The notes under the pieces: model-generated
Seen by the model: the letters and a program-made list of their open reading frames with translations, nothing else
Told to the model about the DNA's origin: nothing
Database searches by the model: none
Origin: Octopus sinensis
Lineage: Eukaryota
Assembly: GCF_006345805.1 (NCBI RefSeq)
Contig: NC_042997.1
Coordinates: forward strand, 151,032,001 to 151,096,000
Length of the DNA stretch: 64,000 nt
Reading direction: 5' to 3'
Made by a program: the position numbers and the translations under genes
Part shown: in pieces, positions 1 to 13,982 of the stretch
Numbering within the stretch: the stretch's first letter is position 1
Layout of the letters: each line of letters opens with the position of its first letter

Positions 1-675
1 AATTGCATAGTTAAAAAAACTCGGTTGAAAATAATAAAAGTGAAGTAGTGACAGGACAGCAACCGAAACTATTTGTTCGTTTCTCAAAATAACATAGGTA
101 GAAATGATGACCATTATGTACAAAGGTTCAGAAAATAGAAACTCATCAGAGAAAATAGACAGGTAATGGAAATACACGTACATGGAGATTTAAGCAGGCT
201 AAACCTTGACTTATTACAATAGAAACAGTCACAAACATGTACGTCGCTTTTCATTGGTTCACATTACCCAAAATTTACAAAATTTATGTTTATTAATTTA
301 TGGAAAAGCAAATTTCATTTCCATAATTCGCATTTAAAATTACATCAGTACACTAAATTTGAAAACAACTGAAACAAATTTTAAAACTCAAACACTGTTA
401 CAGCAACAGAAAAGGTCCTACTAAGACGTAACTGTATATCTATATGTAATAAATGATAGAGACGGAAAATGAATATACGAGAATGTTTAATGCTCGCAAC
501 GATCGTTTCAACACAAGTTGCCTTCATCCCTCGTGGGTGAGATACTGTACAACTGTTTGCGCTGCATCTCTCGGTGTAGAGGTATCTCCTCGGGAGATGT
601 TATAACAGGTTCCTCATTAAATAAACTGTTTCGCTCGGTTTTGATATGTGTCGCTTTTATATATCTATATATTTA

Positions 676-1535
676 CGAGATGATATCAAAATTTTCAGCA
701 ACTAGTTATATTCAATAAGGAATGACATATTTATCTAAGATTTAATATCATCCCCTTCGAAACTGTCACCTTGCAAAGAAATACAGCATGTCCCAGCGTT
801 CCTTCCACTTTTGGAATCCAGCCTGGAAGTAATTTTCCGCAAATGAATCGAGGGTCTTCTGTGATTCATTCTGGATCTTGACAAATGTGTCAAAACGGCG
901 ACCTTTGAGCTGGATTTTCCTCTTGGGTAAGAGCTAGAAGTATGAAGGTTGTAAATCTGGCGGGTGTAGAAACCATACCATGTTGATTCTGGCAAGAAAA
1001 CAACAAGTGATGAGAGCTATGTGAAAAATTCAATTCTTTGCACCCCACAAATGTCCTGTAGCAAAACAATCAATGTCGCTTTTGCCAAATGTCCTTCAAA
1101 CACTTCAAAACCGCACAGTAGAACTCTAAATTGATGGTCTCGTACTGTGGGACGAATTTTCGCTGTACAATCCCACATTTCCGTGGCTGGTCTTCCAGAT
1201 CGTTCATCGTCTTCCAGGGAGTTTCTTTTGCTTTTGAAGCGCCAGTGCCACTTAAAACATTTTCTGCAACCCATTGCCTCGTGGTCGTAAGCTTGCCAAA
1301 CACCTTTCAATGTCTCTGTAGCAGATGTGCCAAGTTTAACACAAAATTTCAAGTTGGCTCTTTGTTCCTCTCCATGACAAAATCGCAGACTATAACAGAC
1401 CCGTAATCACAAAAGCGCAAATTTCACAACTTGCGACGTAAATACAGCAATATTACTCGACACATTACCTGATGAATGTCACTGGTAGTTCTCACTGTGC
1501 ACGCAACCGTGCGCTGCTATCTGTTCGCGCGCTGA
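676..1535 (-). mobile_element. mariner transposon relic (transposase pseudogene)
   Basis: ORF 1017-1352 reads KFCVKLGTSATETL...CFKWHWRFKSKRNSLEDDERSGRP, the mariner N-terminal HTH and GRP motif. Decayed C-terminus at 735-995. TA|CGAGATGATATCAAAA TIR-like end at 674-691. Confidence 0.88.
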
Positions 1536-1779
1536 CCGTTTTGTTATCGTTTCATATACATGTTTGCAGCTATCTTTCATATTTTTAAGTTGTTGAATTC
1601 ATCCTTCTCGGAGGGATCCGGTTTCTAATAAAGGAAAATAAAAAAGAAAAACAAATTCGGATATTAGAAAGGAAAGTGTTACTTGTACAACTTTAAACAT
1701 ATTTTGCATATTTTAATCTCCAGCATACAGAATTTACTTGTAATATTCTCCGAATTATACGTTTTTACACTTTTGCAGA

Positions 1780-2168
1780 ATTCACTCTGTTGGCTAATAG
1801 AGTGCCGAGGGTCTTTTGTTTAACACAGCTTTTGGGTTTCTCGCCAAAAGCAACATGGTATCAGCTCTGCACCCGTCCTAATCGCTAGATTTAGCCCCCG
1901 CAGATTTCCATCTCTACTACAAGATAAAAATGCAGCTCAAAGATCGCCGTTTTAACACTATTATTAAAATCCAGAGCGAATCCGAGAAGGTCCTTGTCTC
2001 ACTTGCGGAAAACGATTTCCACACTGGGTTCCAAATGTGTCAGGCACACTGGAACAGGTGTATCGCTGCGCAAGTTGACTATTTCGAAGGAATTCATCTT
2101 CAAAGTTAGGTAAACAAATTATTTTTGATTGAACATAACTAGTCCGGGAACGTTTTGATACTATCTCG
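1780..2168 (+). mobile_element. 3' part of a second mariner relic
   Basis: Plus strand reads HPS*SLDLAPADFHLYYKIKMQLKDRRF (YSPDLAPxD motif). Ends in TTTTGATACTATCTCG|TA, approximately the reverse complement of the end at 676. Confidence 0.82.
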
Positions 2169-4559
2169 TATTTCCTTATCTCAGTTTTGTTTTTTGGTTT
2201 ATTTCTAGATATCTACCGCTCCTAAATTAGGAAGGTGTAACTATGTAGATTTACTGCGAGCAACACTTTCTATTTACATTTTCGTTATTCATTAGCTTAC
2301 GGAACATGTGCATACACATAATATTCTATTGACATTACGAGTATTTCTCTTTCCAGTTTCTGTTCAAGTAGTTTAATCCATCTACATTTGGTTTACATGG
2401 AACAAGTGTATATTCAGAATAGCTGCTCAATTTTTGTCTGTCTAAAGTCATGCTATTGTTTTAATGTCTAATATAGACGCTTTGTGAACATATTTCTCTT
2501 TATAACTCAGTGAGACTATATGTCTGGGCTGACATTGTGCCTCTCGCTCCATTCATTCAAGTAACACAGTTTCTGTCAGTCTTATTGTTAATGTGGATGG
2601 TACCAGTATTTATTATCATTTTCTAGTCAAGTTTCTTAGGAGCGGGTTAAGTCAATATCATCTCTTTCCGTTCAACAACAGACACGGCAAATATATGGAG
2701 GGATTGCTTTACTGCAGACAGCTCTGATTTCTATATTTTTTCGAAGACTGCTGAAGTACACTTTTGTCATTCTAATTTTACCCGTAGGGCCAACAAATTC
2801 TCATCAATAAAAATGTACTTAAAGCATCTTTAAATGGCCATTAATATTCATATTCGTTTCGTGGACCAAAATCATTTATGATTGACTATTAAATATGAAC
2901 AATTATTCTGTTTAAACGCCATTTCTGGGTCTCGCGAGATTTCTGTTTATCTCTGGGTGTCGTAAATATTATTTGCATATAACCTGTGGTCATCACCAGA
3001 AATGTGTAGGTGAGACTTTACAATTAATACTACCTAATAGTCTTTTATAATCTGACGTTTTGTTTTTTTCGTTCAAAAAGATGTCACCTATTTTAGTTGT
3101 ATATTCTTGTTACGATCGATTGCTTTCACTACTATCTATTGGCAAACGGTGAATGCAACACAGTACAATAAGTTGTTGAATGTGCAAAGTTTGGAAATTT
3201 CTGTTTGTGTTAGATGTTTTTATCAATTTTATCGATCACAGATAATGTCGTGTCGGTAGATTTCGTATCGCCTAGTGCCATAATTCTTCTTTCATGCAGT
3301 TGTTTCTTGATGTAAATGGCGAAGCGTTGCTTGAATTTTGATGTGAATTGAGCTTTGTGTTGTTTATATTCTTCATTCATTTCCGTTTTATTTCTTCAGA
3401 AGCATCTACCACTCATAAGTGTAATGGCCGCAGTCGATTTGTTTGTGGTTCGTGTCCTTTACAGATTTCTCGGGAGATGAACATACTGGTCTGCTCATTT
3501 AATGGATGTCTTTAGTAACGGATATGAATAGGTAGGCTTGCTGTCGCTAGTGGCAGTGAAATTTGAATACTTATGTTATTTTACATTCGTCATTTTACAT
3601 TCTACCACCACCACTCTATCACTTTAAGGACAAATATTTAGGTTTTTGTTCAATTGAAAATCATACTGAAATTTATTTCGATGGTTTTTCTAACTTCTAT
3701 AATTGACCTTAATCCCACGTCTTACCCTGACATATGTCGTAATATTTCCATGTGTTAATTTTCTGTTGATTAAATCTTCATTACAGATACAATTTTCTCC
3801 AACAAGGTGCTTCATGTTATTTATCTGAAGACAATACCAATTACGTACAAGGTTTAGAAGAAAATATTCGTTACACAGCATACGAGTCATCCATTAATCA
3901 CAACAGGATTAAACACGACACCATATCATATGTATGCACACACAACATGCATGTTAACATGTATTGTTAATCTGCATAACTTTTGTAAAAAGACGAAATG
4001 TACTTCTAAGTACCAGACAAACATTTTCACTGCGATCCAGATATCCGTAAAGTTACAAGTTATATAGCAAAAGTTTCGTACATATATTTGCTGTTCAGCT
4101 TGTAGATTACTTTTTCAGAATACATTTTTTCTCTTTCATTTAGTGTTTTCTTCTTCCCTTTTTTATGTCAAAAGACATTTAAATTGCCTGAAAATATAAA
4201 CACTCAATGTTCAAAATAATATTCCCATTCTTCTAAGTTTTTCAGTGCGAAGACTAGAAAGGCTGGAGACAAAATATCCATAGTAGTAAATATTCCTTTC
4301 TCTTTCTTGCTTACATTCTTTCTTTCGTTTTTTGCTTTTCTTGAGAAAAAATATATCGGCCATGTTTCATTTACATTTAGTGGAGAATATTTATTTTGAT
4401 AGTAAACCAATACTCGCAGTGCATAATGTGTAGATGTTCTCAAAATCAGCGGTAAATTTCTTAATAATTATCCCAGAAACGTCCTTCCCACATTCTTCTA
4501 CAACAAAAGCAATCAACATAACAATGATAATAATTGAAAATAATAATGATTACGCTTTT

Positions 4560-4752
4560 AAATTTTGATATAAGGCCAGCACATTCAGGTAGGGGATAAA
4601 TCGATTAAATCGACTCCAGTACTCAACTAGTACTCATTTTATCGACCCCTAAAGGATTAAAGGTAAAATAAACCTGGGTGGAATGTAAAGCCGGACTAAA
4701 TACCGCTAAGCATTTTGTCCGGCGCGGTAGCGATTCTACCAGCTCACCACCT
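4560..4752 (-). mobile_element. tRNA-derived SINE, family A (decayed)
   Basis: Reverse complement starts GGTGGTGAGCTGGTAGAATCGCTA. Body GGGTCGATAAAATGAGTACTAGTTGAGTACTGGAGTCGAT and tail GGCCTTATATCAAAATTT are shared with other copies in the window. Confidence 0.75.
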
Positions 4753-4779
4753 AAATAATTATTATAATAATGAGTTTAA

Positions 4780-5433
4780 ATTTTGGCACAAGGCCTGTAA
4801 TTTCAGGACGGGAGCAAGCAAGTTGATTACAACGACATACCTATTTCTTTACTAACCACAAGGGGCTAAAGACAAAGAGGACAAACAAGGACAGACAAAC
4901 GGATTAAGTCGATTTATATCGACCCCAGTGCGTAACTGGTACTTATTTAATCGACCCCGAAAGGACGCAAGGCAAATCGACCTCAGCGGAATTTGAACTC
5001 AGCGGCAGACGAAATACCTATTTCTTTACTACCCACAAGGGGCTAAACACAGAGAGGACAAACAACACAGACAAACATATTAAGTGGATTATATCGACTC
5101 CAGTGCGTAACTGGTACCTATTTAATCGACCCCGAAAGGATGCAAGACAAAGTCGACCTAGGCGGAATTTGAACTCAGAACACAGCGGCAGACGAAATAC
5201 CTATTTCTTTACTACCCACAAGAGGCTAAACACAGAGGGGACAAACAAGGACAGACAAAAGGATTAAGTCGATTACATCGACCCCAGTGCGCAACGGATA
5301 CTTAATTTATCGACCCCGAAAGGATGAAAGGCAAAGTCGACCTCGGTGGAATTTGAACTCAGAACGTAACGGCAGACGAAATACGGCTACGCATTTCGCC
5401 CGGCGTGCTAACGTTTCTGCCAGCTCACCGCCT
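4780..5433 (-). mobile_element. family A SINE with three tandem ~180-bp internal units
   Basis: One head (reverse complement GGCGGTGAGCTGGCAGAAACGTTAGCACGCCGGG...GAGTTCAAATTCC B-box) at the right end. Units start at 4837, 5014 and 5197 (ATACCTATTTCTTTACTA). Confidence 0.85.
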
Positions 5434-5789
5434 TCTGCTACATTCCACTTATCTTCCGTTTCACCCCACACTCGCACCCGCTGCCTCATCCTCACTTCCT
5501 CGTTTTCCTTGCACACTACGAGTAGACTTACATGCCAACCAACCCCATCATGGCTATTCTACACCACTACACTTCCATACGCATGTCTTCAAATATAACC
5601 TAAAAATACCCCTACCCATTTTTCTTGGCGTACTAACAACTGTGTCACTTCACCGCCTTTAATAATAATGATAATAATGACAAAAACTACAAATACTGTT
5701 TCTACTTGTAGAAGTAATAGTAACAGTATCATCATCTTCATCACCAGTATCAGCAGCAGCTTTATCAGAAGCAGCAACAGCAACAGCAG

Positions 5790-5827
5790 CACTACTACTA
5801 CTACCACTACTACTACTACTACTACTA

Positions 5828-5865
<38 letters not shown>
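5790..5865. repeat. (ACT)n microsatellite
   Basis: Direct reading. Confidence 0.95.
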
Positions 5866-5866
<1 letters not shown>

Positions 5867-6793
5867 ATATATACGTGTATTGTAGAAGTCATTATTGCGT
5901 ATAGAAGGATTCATTATCTTGAATGAAATATGGGAGGCAATTTTAGAGCAAAGTTTTGAGAGATTACTTGTATTAGCGCATAAAGAAGTAAATATTTCTC
6001 GAAGATTTTATTGTAGACTCAAATAATTTAATTCTTCTCACTTCTGACCACATCTTGAAAATCATTGTATTATGGTTCCTTTTATCAAATACATCATCAT
6101 TGTTGTCTTGCTGTTGTAATAATAACGGTAAGTTCTCATGTGATGTAAGCATCTGAAATGTTTTATAGGAATAGAACAGTTGTGAACTGTAGTACAAGAC
6201 TGGAAATGCTGATTGCATTTTGTGTAATAAAAATAAGTACATTGTACTAAGTTGTATGGATATCTAAGCGTTATTTTACCCAACGCAGCGTCATACAAGC
6301 TCAATCTAATTTAGTTCACATCAGCTTTATATGATATATTATTCTGAATACAATTATATTCATAGACGACTAAGGTGAAGATTTCTAATTTGTAGCTCAG
6401 CTTTATATCCGCACAAAATGTGTTTTGGTCAAAATTCCGGTCTATTTCAATTCCATGTTTTTAATGATTATGACTATTTCTGCAATGTAAAATATTCCTA
6501 ATGAAAAACTTTCCATTGTCTACATAGAAAATTGTATAATGAAATCATAATTTGCAGTATTTTTTGCATTATTCATCATAATTCTATTACATTTTTTGTA
6601 AAATATATACTTTCAATCTGACGCTTACATATAATCGCACAAATGTAAGCAAATATTGTCTTCGTTTCACCTCTCAAGTATTTCGTTTCCGAATTTTGGA
6701 ATCTGGTGGCATTAAGTATATATTTAATAAATTTAGGTAAATAACTTAGTGAATTACTTTTCATTCAGTATTCTTGTGTAATTACTCTCAATG

Positions 6794-7322
<529 letters not shown>

Positions 7323-7375
7323 TGCACGCATTCTTACACACACGCACATACACACACACACACACATTTTTATAC

Positions 7376-7495
7376 GTAGCACCAGGGTTCCGTAGATTTT
7401 GTTTCCGTCTGAACAACTAATGTCGATTTCATCGGCTACAGTCCTCCCTAATATGTGACCTTGCGCTTGAATTATAAATTCATATGAATTTTCAT
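7376..7495 (-). other. candidate exon (120 nt, phase 1-1)
   Basis: tgttgtAG acceptor, GTATAA donor, open frame ENSYEFIIQAQGHILGRTVADEIDISCSDGNKIYGTLVL in non-repetitive sequence. Product not recognised. Confidence 0.4.
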
Positions 7496-7850
7496 CTACA
7501 ACAGTGTATAGATAATAAATGTATATACTGTCGCAAGTATGTTTGTATTTGGATTGTGACAGCAGTAGGATTATATACTGCGTATCAAGACATTTGCGAT
7601 CAAAACTGATATATGATAAATCAGAACACATAACTGCAACCGTAGCAAAAAGTAATTTTTCTCTTTTCATCTCTGGCTCCTGCAATCTATTCACACATAC
7701 ATATACGAATGTGTATGTGATGCGCTTGTTTGTATGTGCGTCAGTTTAACCAGCTTGCACCTCAGTCAGTGAGAAAATATCTTATATTCAACACTAAGGG
7801 AAATACCCATAGTAAATAATTAATATATAATAAATATATAGCATTCTCAC

Positions 7851-7896
7851 CGTGACAACAAGAGGATAATAAACTGCCTACCAAGGTCGTCGGTGC
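7851..7896 (-). other. candidate exon (46 nt)
   Basis: Strong acceptor ccttctgtttttTAG and donor CG|GTGAGA. Confidence 0.45.
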
Positions 7897-7987
7897 CTAA
7901 AAAACAGAAGGCTATATTCAAAACTAAATGAATTTGCAACTACCGACTCTTATATATTTGTCATTTATCTCTCTTTAAATGTGTCTC

Positions 7988-8018
<31 letters not shown>

Positions 8019-8030
8019 TATATATATATA

Positions 8031-8075
<45 letters not shown>

Positions 8076-8721
8076 TATGTACATAAACACGCAGAGTTAG
8101 ATACATGCTTGCGTATATACATAGATATGTACATACATATGTGTTTATCTGCATGTGCGTGTATGTCTTTGCGCGTGTGCTTCAGTAAATATACGTCTAC
8201 ACTGAAACATTATCTCTCTGTTTTTATTGTTTAATTTGTCGTGTTTTCTAGCATCAACAAAACACAATATACAAGTCTATCTAGCGAGGATGACGTGCGC
8301 TATTTGTGATGATGTAGATACCAGAACCAAACGCTTCACAGAACTATAGGCAATTCTTCTTCATATAAATTATACACCCTCACTTATAGAATATAGTATA
8401 CAGCATGCTAAATAACTGCACACAGAACAATTTCAACCAACCCAGTAGACTAATAAAAGGTCAGAACATCATATATTTTGTAATGACACTCAATCCATAT
8501 CATCAATGTAATCCATATCATCTAAGGTCACCAAGATACAATTGTGTATCATCAGACAAAGTAACAAATTAAATGTATAATTATTGAGCGAACACTTGCT
8601 CAAAGCGAACGGCTCCAAACAACATGTAGTAATAATTGCAAACGGCTGCGTTAGGCCTAAACCACAATGATAAAACGTCAATGGCATAAAAATACAGTTG
8701 CCGCGAAATGACAGTTCTTAC

Positions 8722-8782
8722 ATAGCAGAACGTATATCAGTGTAACAAGAAGAAGAAGAAGATTTCCAAGTGCAAATATCAA
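8722..8782 (-). other. candidate exon (61 nt)
   Basis: Acceptor ttctacttttaCAG and donor AT|GTAAGA. One frame is hydrophobic (LIFALGNLLLLLVTLIYVLL). Confidence 0.4.
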
Positions 8783-9713
8783 CTGTAAAAGTAGAAATCG
8801 TATCGACTGTATAAAAAAAACTCCTCATTTGAAGAAATATATGTTAGTTATGTAGGAAAGCACAATATGGATACTTCTGCCAGCAACCTGCAAAGAATTA
8901 ACATCATCAATGTCCTTTAAATCCATTTAAGCGCTCAGTTAGAAGCATGTAATAAGAAAATGTTTTATATATTTTATTTTACAGCTTTTAGAACTCCTGT
9001 GACGTTAGAAGAAAAGTAAGGAGAAAAAAATTTAAGAAGTTCTGATAAGTAAATAATGATACGAACAATAATGCCAGCATCGATTTAGATTTAAGTTTTC
9101 GCAGAATCTCTAGCAATACCGAGCCTATAATTTCACTTTAAAATATTTAAGGAAGGACTACTGCTTTTAGTATCACGTTTTCCAAATCTCATCGTAACCC
9201 AATCCGTATAAATGAAAGTGATTTGTAAACAATTTTTCATGAACTTGCGTGGTCAATGACAACTGATTTACCACGTCCACCAAACCGCGATATCTGAGCC
9301 CAATGTGGATTGGTTAAAATAATATTAGTAAGCTTCGGCCTGCTGTGTCTATCAGAAAATAACGAAAATAAAATTTTAATCATTTCGCAACAGTTGTCAT
9401 TTGTGAGGCGTATTGGCCGTTTGTTAATGCTGCTACATTATATAAAAAACATTTACGTGATGTTTGTAATAATGTACTTGTGATATCGTAAACTTGTCAA
9501 CGTACAAAAATAAAATGTGAAAATCATTGTATTTTGGAATTTCATTGACAAGTATATGTATATGCATATCTCTCTCGCAATACATACGTAGTTACATGTG
9601 TATGTTTCTGCACGGGTGTTCGAGTGAGTGTACAATGAAAATTATGCATAATCAGATATGCTCATTATTCATATGCGTATGTGTGTGTCCTTAAATAATC
9701 AATCTAAGTAATT

Positions 9714-9787
<74 letters not shown>

Positions 9788-10282
9788 GTGGTGGGTGTGT
9801 GTGTGTGTTGTGTGTGTGTGTATATTTAGATAGATATATATATTATATCGCGTGTATATACACTATTGTATTCTCATGAAAAATAGGAATGCATGTTTTG
9901 ATATTAAATTTTTTGACCAATACGCAGAAATAAAACAGGGGTATAAAATTTATTATGTACCCATTCCCCACCAAACGGAAACGTTGTGTTACAGATAATC
10001 TCCTCGTAATATGCATTTCTCTTAACTGAAACGTGGTTTTATAACTGCCATGTTACGTAGATGTTATTGAACATTGCAGGCAATGCAGTGTTGTTGAGAA
10101 TAAGGAAAATGAGAGTGAGAGACGAGGGGAGTTTAGAGTAGATCAGAGGTTCTCAGGCATTTTGTGCCACATATCTTCAGCTTTCTCACCCCTATTTTTA
10201 TGTATAAATAAATATTTTATATTTTACTAATTTATATGTACTATGAATCATTTGATATTTAATATAATATTATATATTTTGT

Positions 10283-10467
10283 AAGGCGATGAGCTGGCAG
10301 AAACGTCAGCACGCCGGGTGAAATGCTAGCGATATTTCGTCTGTCTTTAGGTTCTAAGTTCAAATCGGGGTCGATGAATTAAGTACCAGTTCTGTACTGG
10401 ACTCGATCTAATCGACTGTGCCCCTCCCACAAAATTTCGGGCCTTGCGCCTAGAATAGAAAAGAATA
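10283..10467 (+). mobile_element. tRNA-derived SINE, family A
   Basis: AAGGCGATGAGCTGGCAGAAACG head, AGTTCAAATC B-box, GGGGTCGATGAATTAAGTACCAGT body, GGGCCTTGCGCCTAGAATAGAAAAGAAT tail. Confidence 0.85.
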
Positions 10468-11292
10468 TTATATAATTTGTATACAATACTTTAATAATAT
10501 TATAATAAATTCATAGCGTCACCCAATCCATTGTCTCCCTCCCAACACTTCCTTTTTCTCTACCGTCCTCTTAGGCACACACTCCTGGACCGCCTCTACA
10601 CCCAGCGGGTGGGGGGCGTAGCACCCACTGTGAGAACCTACGGTATAGAAGGATGCTGACTTTAGGGGAAAGGCTGGGGTTACTTTAATACGTCTACAGT
10701 AAACAGGTACTTTGGGGCACCAATGCGTAAATATTTATACAGAATAAAAAATAATTTTTTGAAGAGTCAGAACGGTCAGGAATAGGAAAATAAAAAGGAA
10801 GAGGTTAGAAATTTAGGAGTGGGAGTTGGGTAGGATTATTAGGAAAGAAGATGAGGGGGTATCTCAATAACTTTAGACAAATTCTCCACTCCATAATATA
10901 TGACCTCTTCACTGTTCCTACTTACTGACCATATTGTGATTTACTTTTATTTACCGTGTTCATCCGGCTTCACAACTCATTTGAAAATCTTGGATGCGTT
11001 ATCTTGAGATTCTTTAACGACAATGTAAACCTTCATATAACGAAGGTATCTTTAGCTTGATGAGTAACTAGCTGAACACCTCTCGTTGAGTAATTATTAC
11101 ATCAGAGTATCTGTTAGCTAGGAAACATATGTAGCCTGGATTGTATCCGCTCCACTCCTGCAATTAGGAATTTTATTGGCGACTCAAGTAGCTAACCGTG
11201 AGTAAGAAAAATATTTTCTAGCTTAACGGACTTCGATATGAGGAAAGCCTACAACCTTCGATACAAGCAAATAATTATTGTCCTTGAAAGTT

Positions 11293-11323
<31 letters not shown>

Positions 11324-11420
11324 CCCCTACTAGAGAATACTCGAAGTTTAAAAACTTCCTCCGCTTACGTCCTTGCATCTTATAGTTACACATGCACACA
11401 CACACTCCCGCCCGCGCCCG

Positions 11421-11461
<41 letters not shown>

Positions 11462-11648
11462 CTGTGTGTGTGTGTGCGTGATACAGGAAAATGCCTGTAT
11501 CACTTTACAACATGGAATTTATAATTTAAACATGATTGAAGAGTTGTTAGGATGTAGTTCGTGGAGAAAATGGTATTATATAAATAAGGGACGGAGATGT
11601 TATGCATAGTTTCAGGATAGTGCATATATCGTGTGTATCGCACATCTG

Positions 11649-11712
<64 letters not shown>

Positions 11713-11909
11713 ATATATATAGATATATATATATAAATATATATACATACAACCATACTTACATATTTTTGAAATTTTTATGAGAAACGTTTTGAATATG
11801 CAAATAGACCTCCTGTTCCATTACGCCGACCAGTGTCTAATGATGTTGACTAGTGAGCCAGTTCTTCGCGGTTTCATAAAGTTTTACCGATAAATATAAT
11901 AATAATAAT

Positions 11910-12755
11910 AACAATAATCCTTGGTTTATCCTGCACCACGACGCACGTTTTCACAAGTCATATGACTCTTAAGATGACAGTCCTGAGAAGATTGCAGTGT
12001 AGACCGCAGTATCCGTGAGCATCCGACTGATCATTATCATTGATTCATTTCTACAGGCGATGTAAAGTTATTTTATGCTTATCCCTTTTTACAAGTATGC
12101 AGGTCAAGCGAGGCATATGGGTATTTCTTATGTGTTTGCTGGGGAGGGCGGGAGGTGATGGAAATAGAGGAAGGAACGGTAGTTATATGGGGATAGATGT
12201 GTACTCGATTTATTTTGCTATTCATTCAGCAGATGTTAAGGATAGTAGTAATTCTTTTGTTTGATTTCATTTAAAGCATGGCTATATTCAATAAGTCTGA
12301 TCTTAACAGGTCATCGGATAATGCTGATATATTTATCAGTGGGGTTTTTGTAACATAATTGATAGATGCTACCTTCTGATAGTGATATTTGACCTTTTCA
12401 TAGCTTCTGTTGGTATAGAGATTTGCATCTCAAATATTGGTTAGCATCTCAAATATTGTTTATTTGCAACCAATATTTGTGTTTCCATGACGTCTCCCAC
12501 TTCCCAACCAAACATACACAAAAATAACCACAGAACTCGTTTGCATTTCATACTCGAAAAAAACCACCCCACTGTTATACATCAACTAATGTTATATCGC
12601 CTGAAGAAATGAATCAATGATGATGATCAACCGGATGCCCACGGATACTACGTACTACATTGTAATCATCCGAGGAATATGAACTGTCAACTTAAGAGTC
12701 ATGTGCACGTAGAGATGCACTAAATGATTATAAATACTATCCAAGGTCTTTGTTT
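11910..12755 (-). mobile_element. old Penelope-like element remnant with inverted terminal arms
   Basis: Arms 11910-12066 and 12591-12755 are diverged inverted repeats. The interior (about 12380-12245, minus) reads GSIYQLCYKNPTDKYISIIR*PVKIRLIEY, a decayed GIY-YIG endonuclease motif. Confidence 0.65.
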
Positions 12756-12756
12756 T

Positions 12757-13293
12757 TCAACCCGCAGGGTGTTCAATAAACACCCTCCTCACCAAGCAAG
12801 CTTGGTGGGGTTGCCGATTTAGTCGCCGACGCCCCAACCATGCAACAGGTTGTACTGGGTTACATGTTACCAGTAGCACTCGAAAGTGACTGTCAAAAGG
12901 CGGAGGAACTTTTGAGAGTCAACGGCCACCCAATAAATGTCTTAAGGCTGTATCATGCGCGGGGAATAGAAATAATTGGACTGAATACCCGATCGCGCGG
13001 TTAAACCATTGGGAGTGAAGGACTCCTAGCCTTTGTTAGGGCATCCTTCTAGGAGAAGTTAACTCAGGTAACTGGGATAACTCCGACATAAAACCTGCGG
13101 CTCAGTGGTTACCGATGATGTTGACTTGTTCTTCTTTTCGGATAATGGCTGCTGTTGCTTAGTGAGTGGGATTGACTCAGTGCACAGCCTTTCCTCACTT
13201 TAAAAAAATCTTCTTGCACAGGCATTGCACGATAACAACATAGATTACGCTTCGCGCAATGGCCATACTCGATAACGAGGGGTCAGCCACCAT
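12757..13293 (+). mobile_element. non-coding, relatively GC-rich element, probably derived from an RTE-type LINE 5' UTR
   Basis: Contains AGGGCATCCTTCTAGGAGAAG...AACTC...AAAACC, resembling motifs of RTE-clade 5' UTRs. Several hairpins, no ORF. Confidence 0.45.
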
Positions 13294-13982
13294 GTATACA
13301 AAGCGAATGTTGCCGATTACATGTGCATCACACATATATACATAACATACATAATTAGATGAATATATATGTTTGTGTGTTTGTATGTATATATGTATCT
13401 GTATTGCAAGGAATAAGTATTGATTCTCTGGTATCAATCGTTTGTTCATTGAATAAGGAATAATTTTCGAACAGCGTATTTAAAAGTTCTATAACGTAAA
13501 AATGGGAAAACGGAAAACTCAATGCTTGCAATTTTAAATTTCAAACCGTTGGGTTTCAAAATTATATTAGAAAAGCTTTCTCCACTTCAGATTGTTTGTT
13601 GTTCATAGAAAACAGTAATAACTACAGTGAACACAAATTTCAAGATTCTTGTATACATGCACAAGTATGTGTAAGAATTTTCACGGTATCTATATAGCGA
13701 ATGAAGTTTTGGGTCTCGAAAGTAATGATTATTTGCGGTTCAATCGAGTAGGAATATAACATATGGCTTCCCTGTTTCCGCCAAAGGTAGATTGATAGAA
13801 ATACTTGAGTATATAAGATATAGCACAAAGATAAACACATTAAAAAAAATTCGGCCCCATTACATTGCTTCTCTTCCGATTCTCATAATAGAATATAGTA
13901 AAAAGCACGTCTCTGTCTCCTTCGCTCTCTCTCTCTCTTCCTCTCTCTCTCTTTCTCTCTCTCGTTATATATATATATTTGA

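Noticed and set aside
4837-5380. Regularly spaced repeats resembling a CRISPR array
   Set aside because: Whole ~180-bp units repeat with no unique spacers; SINE-derived, eukaryotic context, no cas genes.
10640-11290. Possible very old Penelope-like remnant (LAEHL trace, degenerate ATGAGG...CCTTCGATAC)
   Set aside because: Too degenerate to support without an HMM search.
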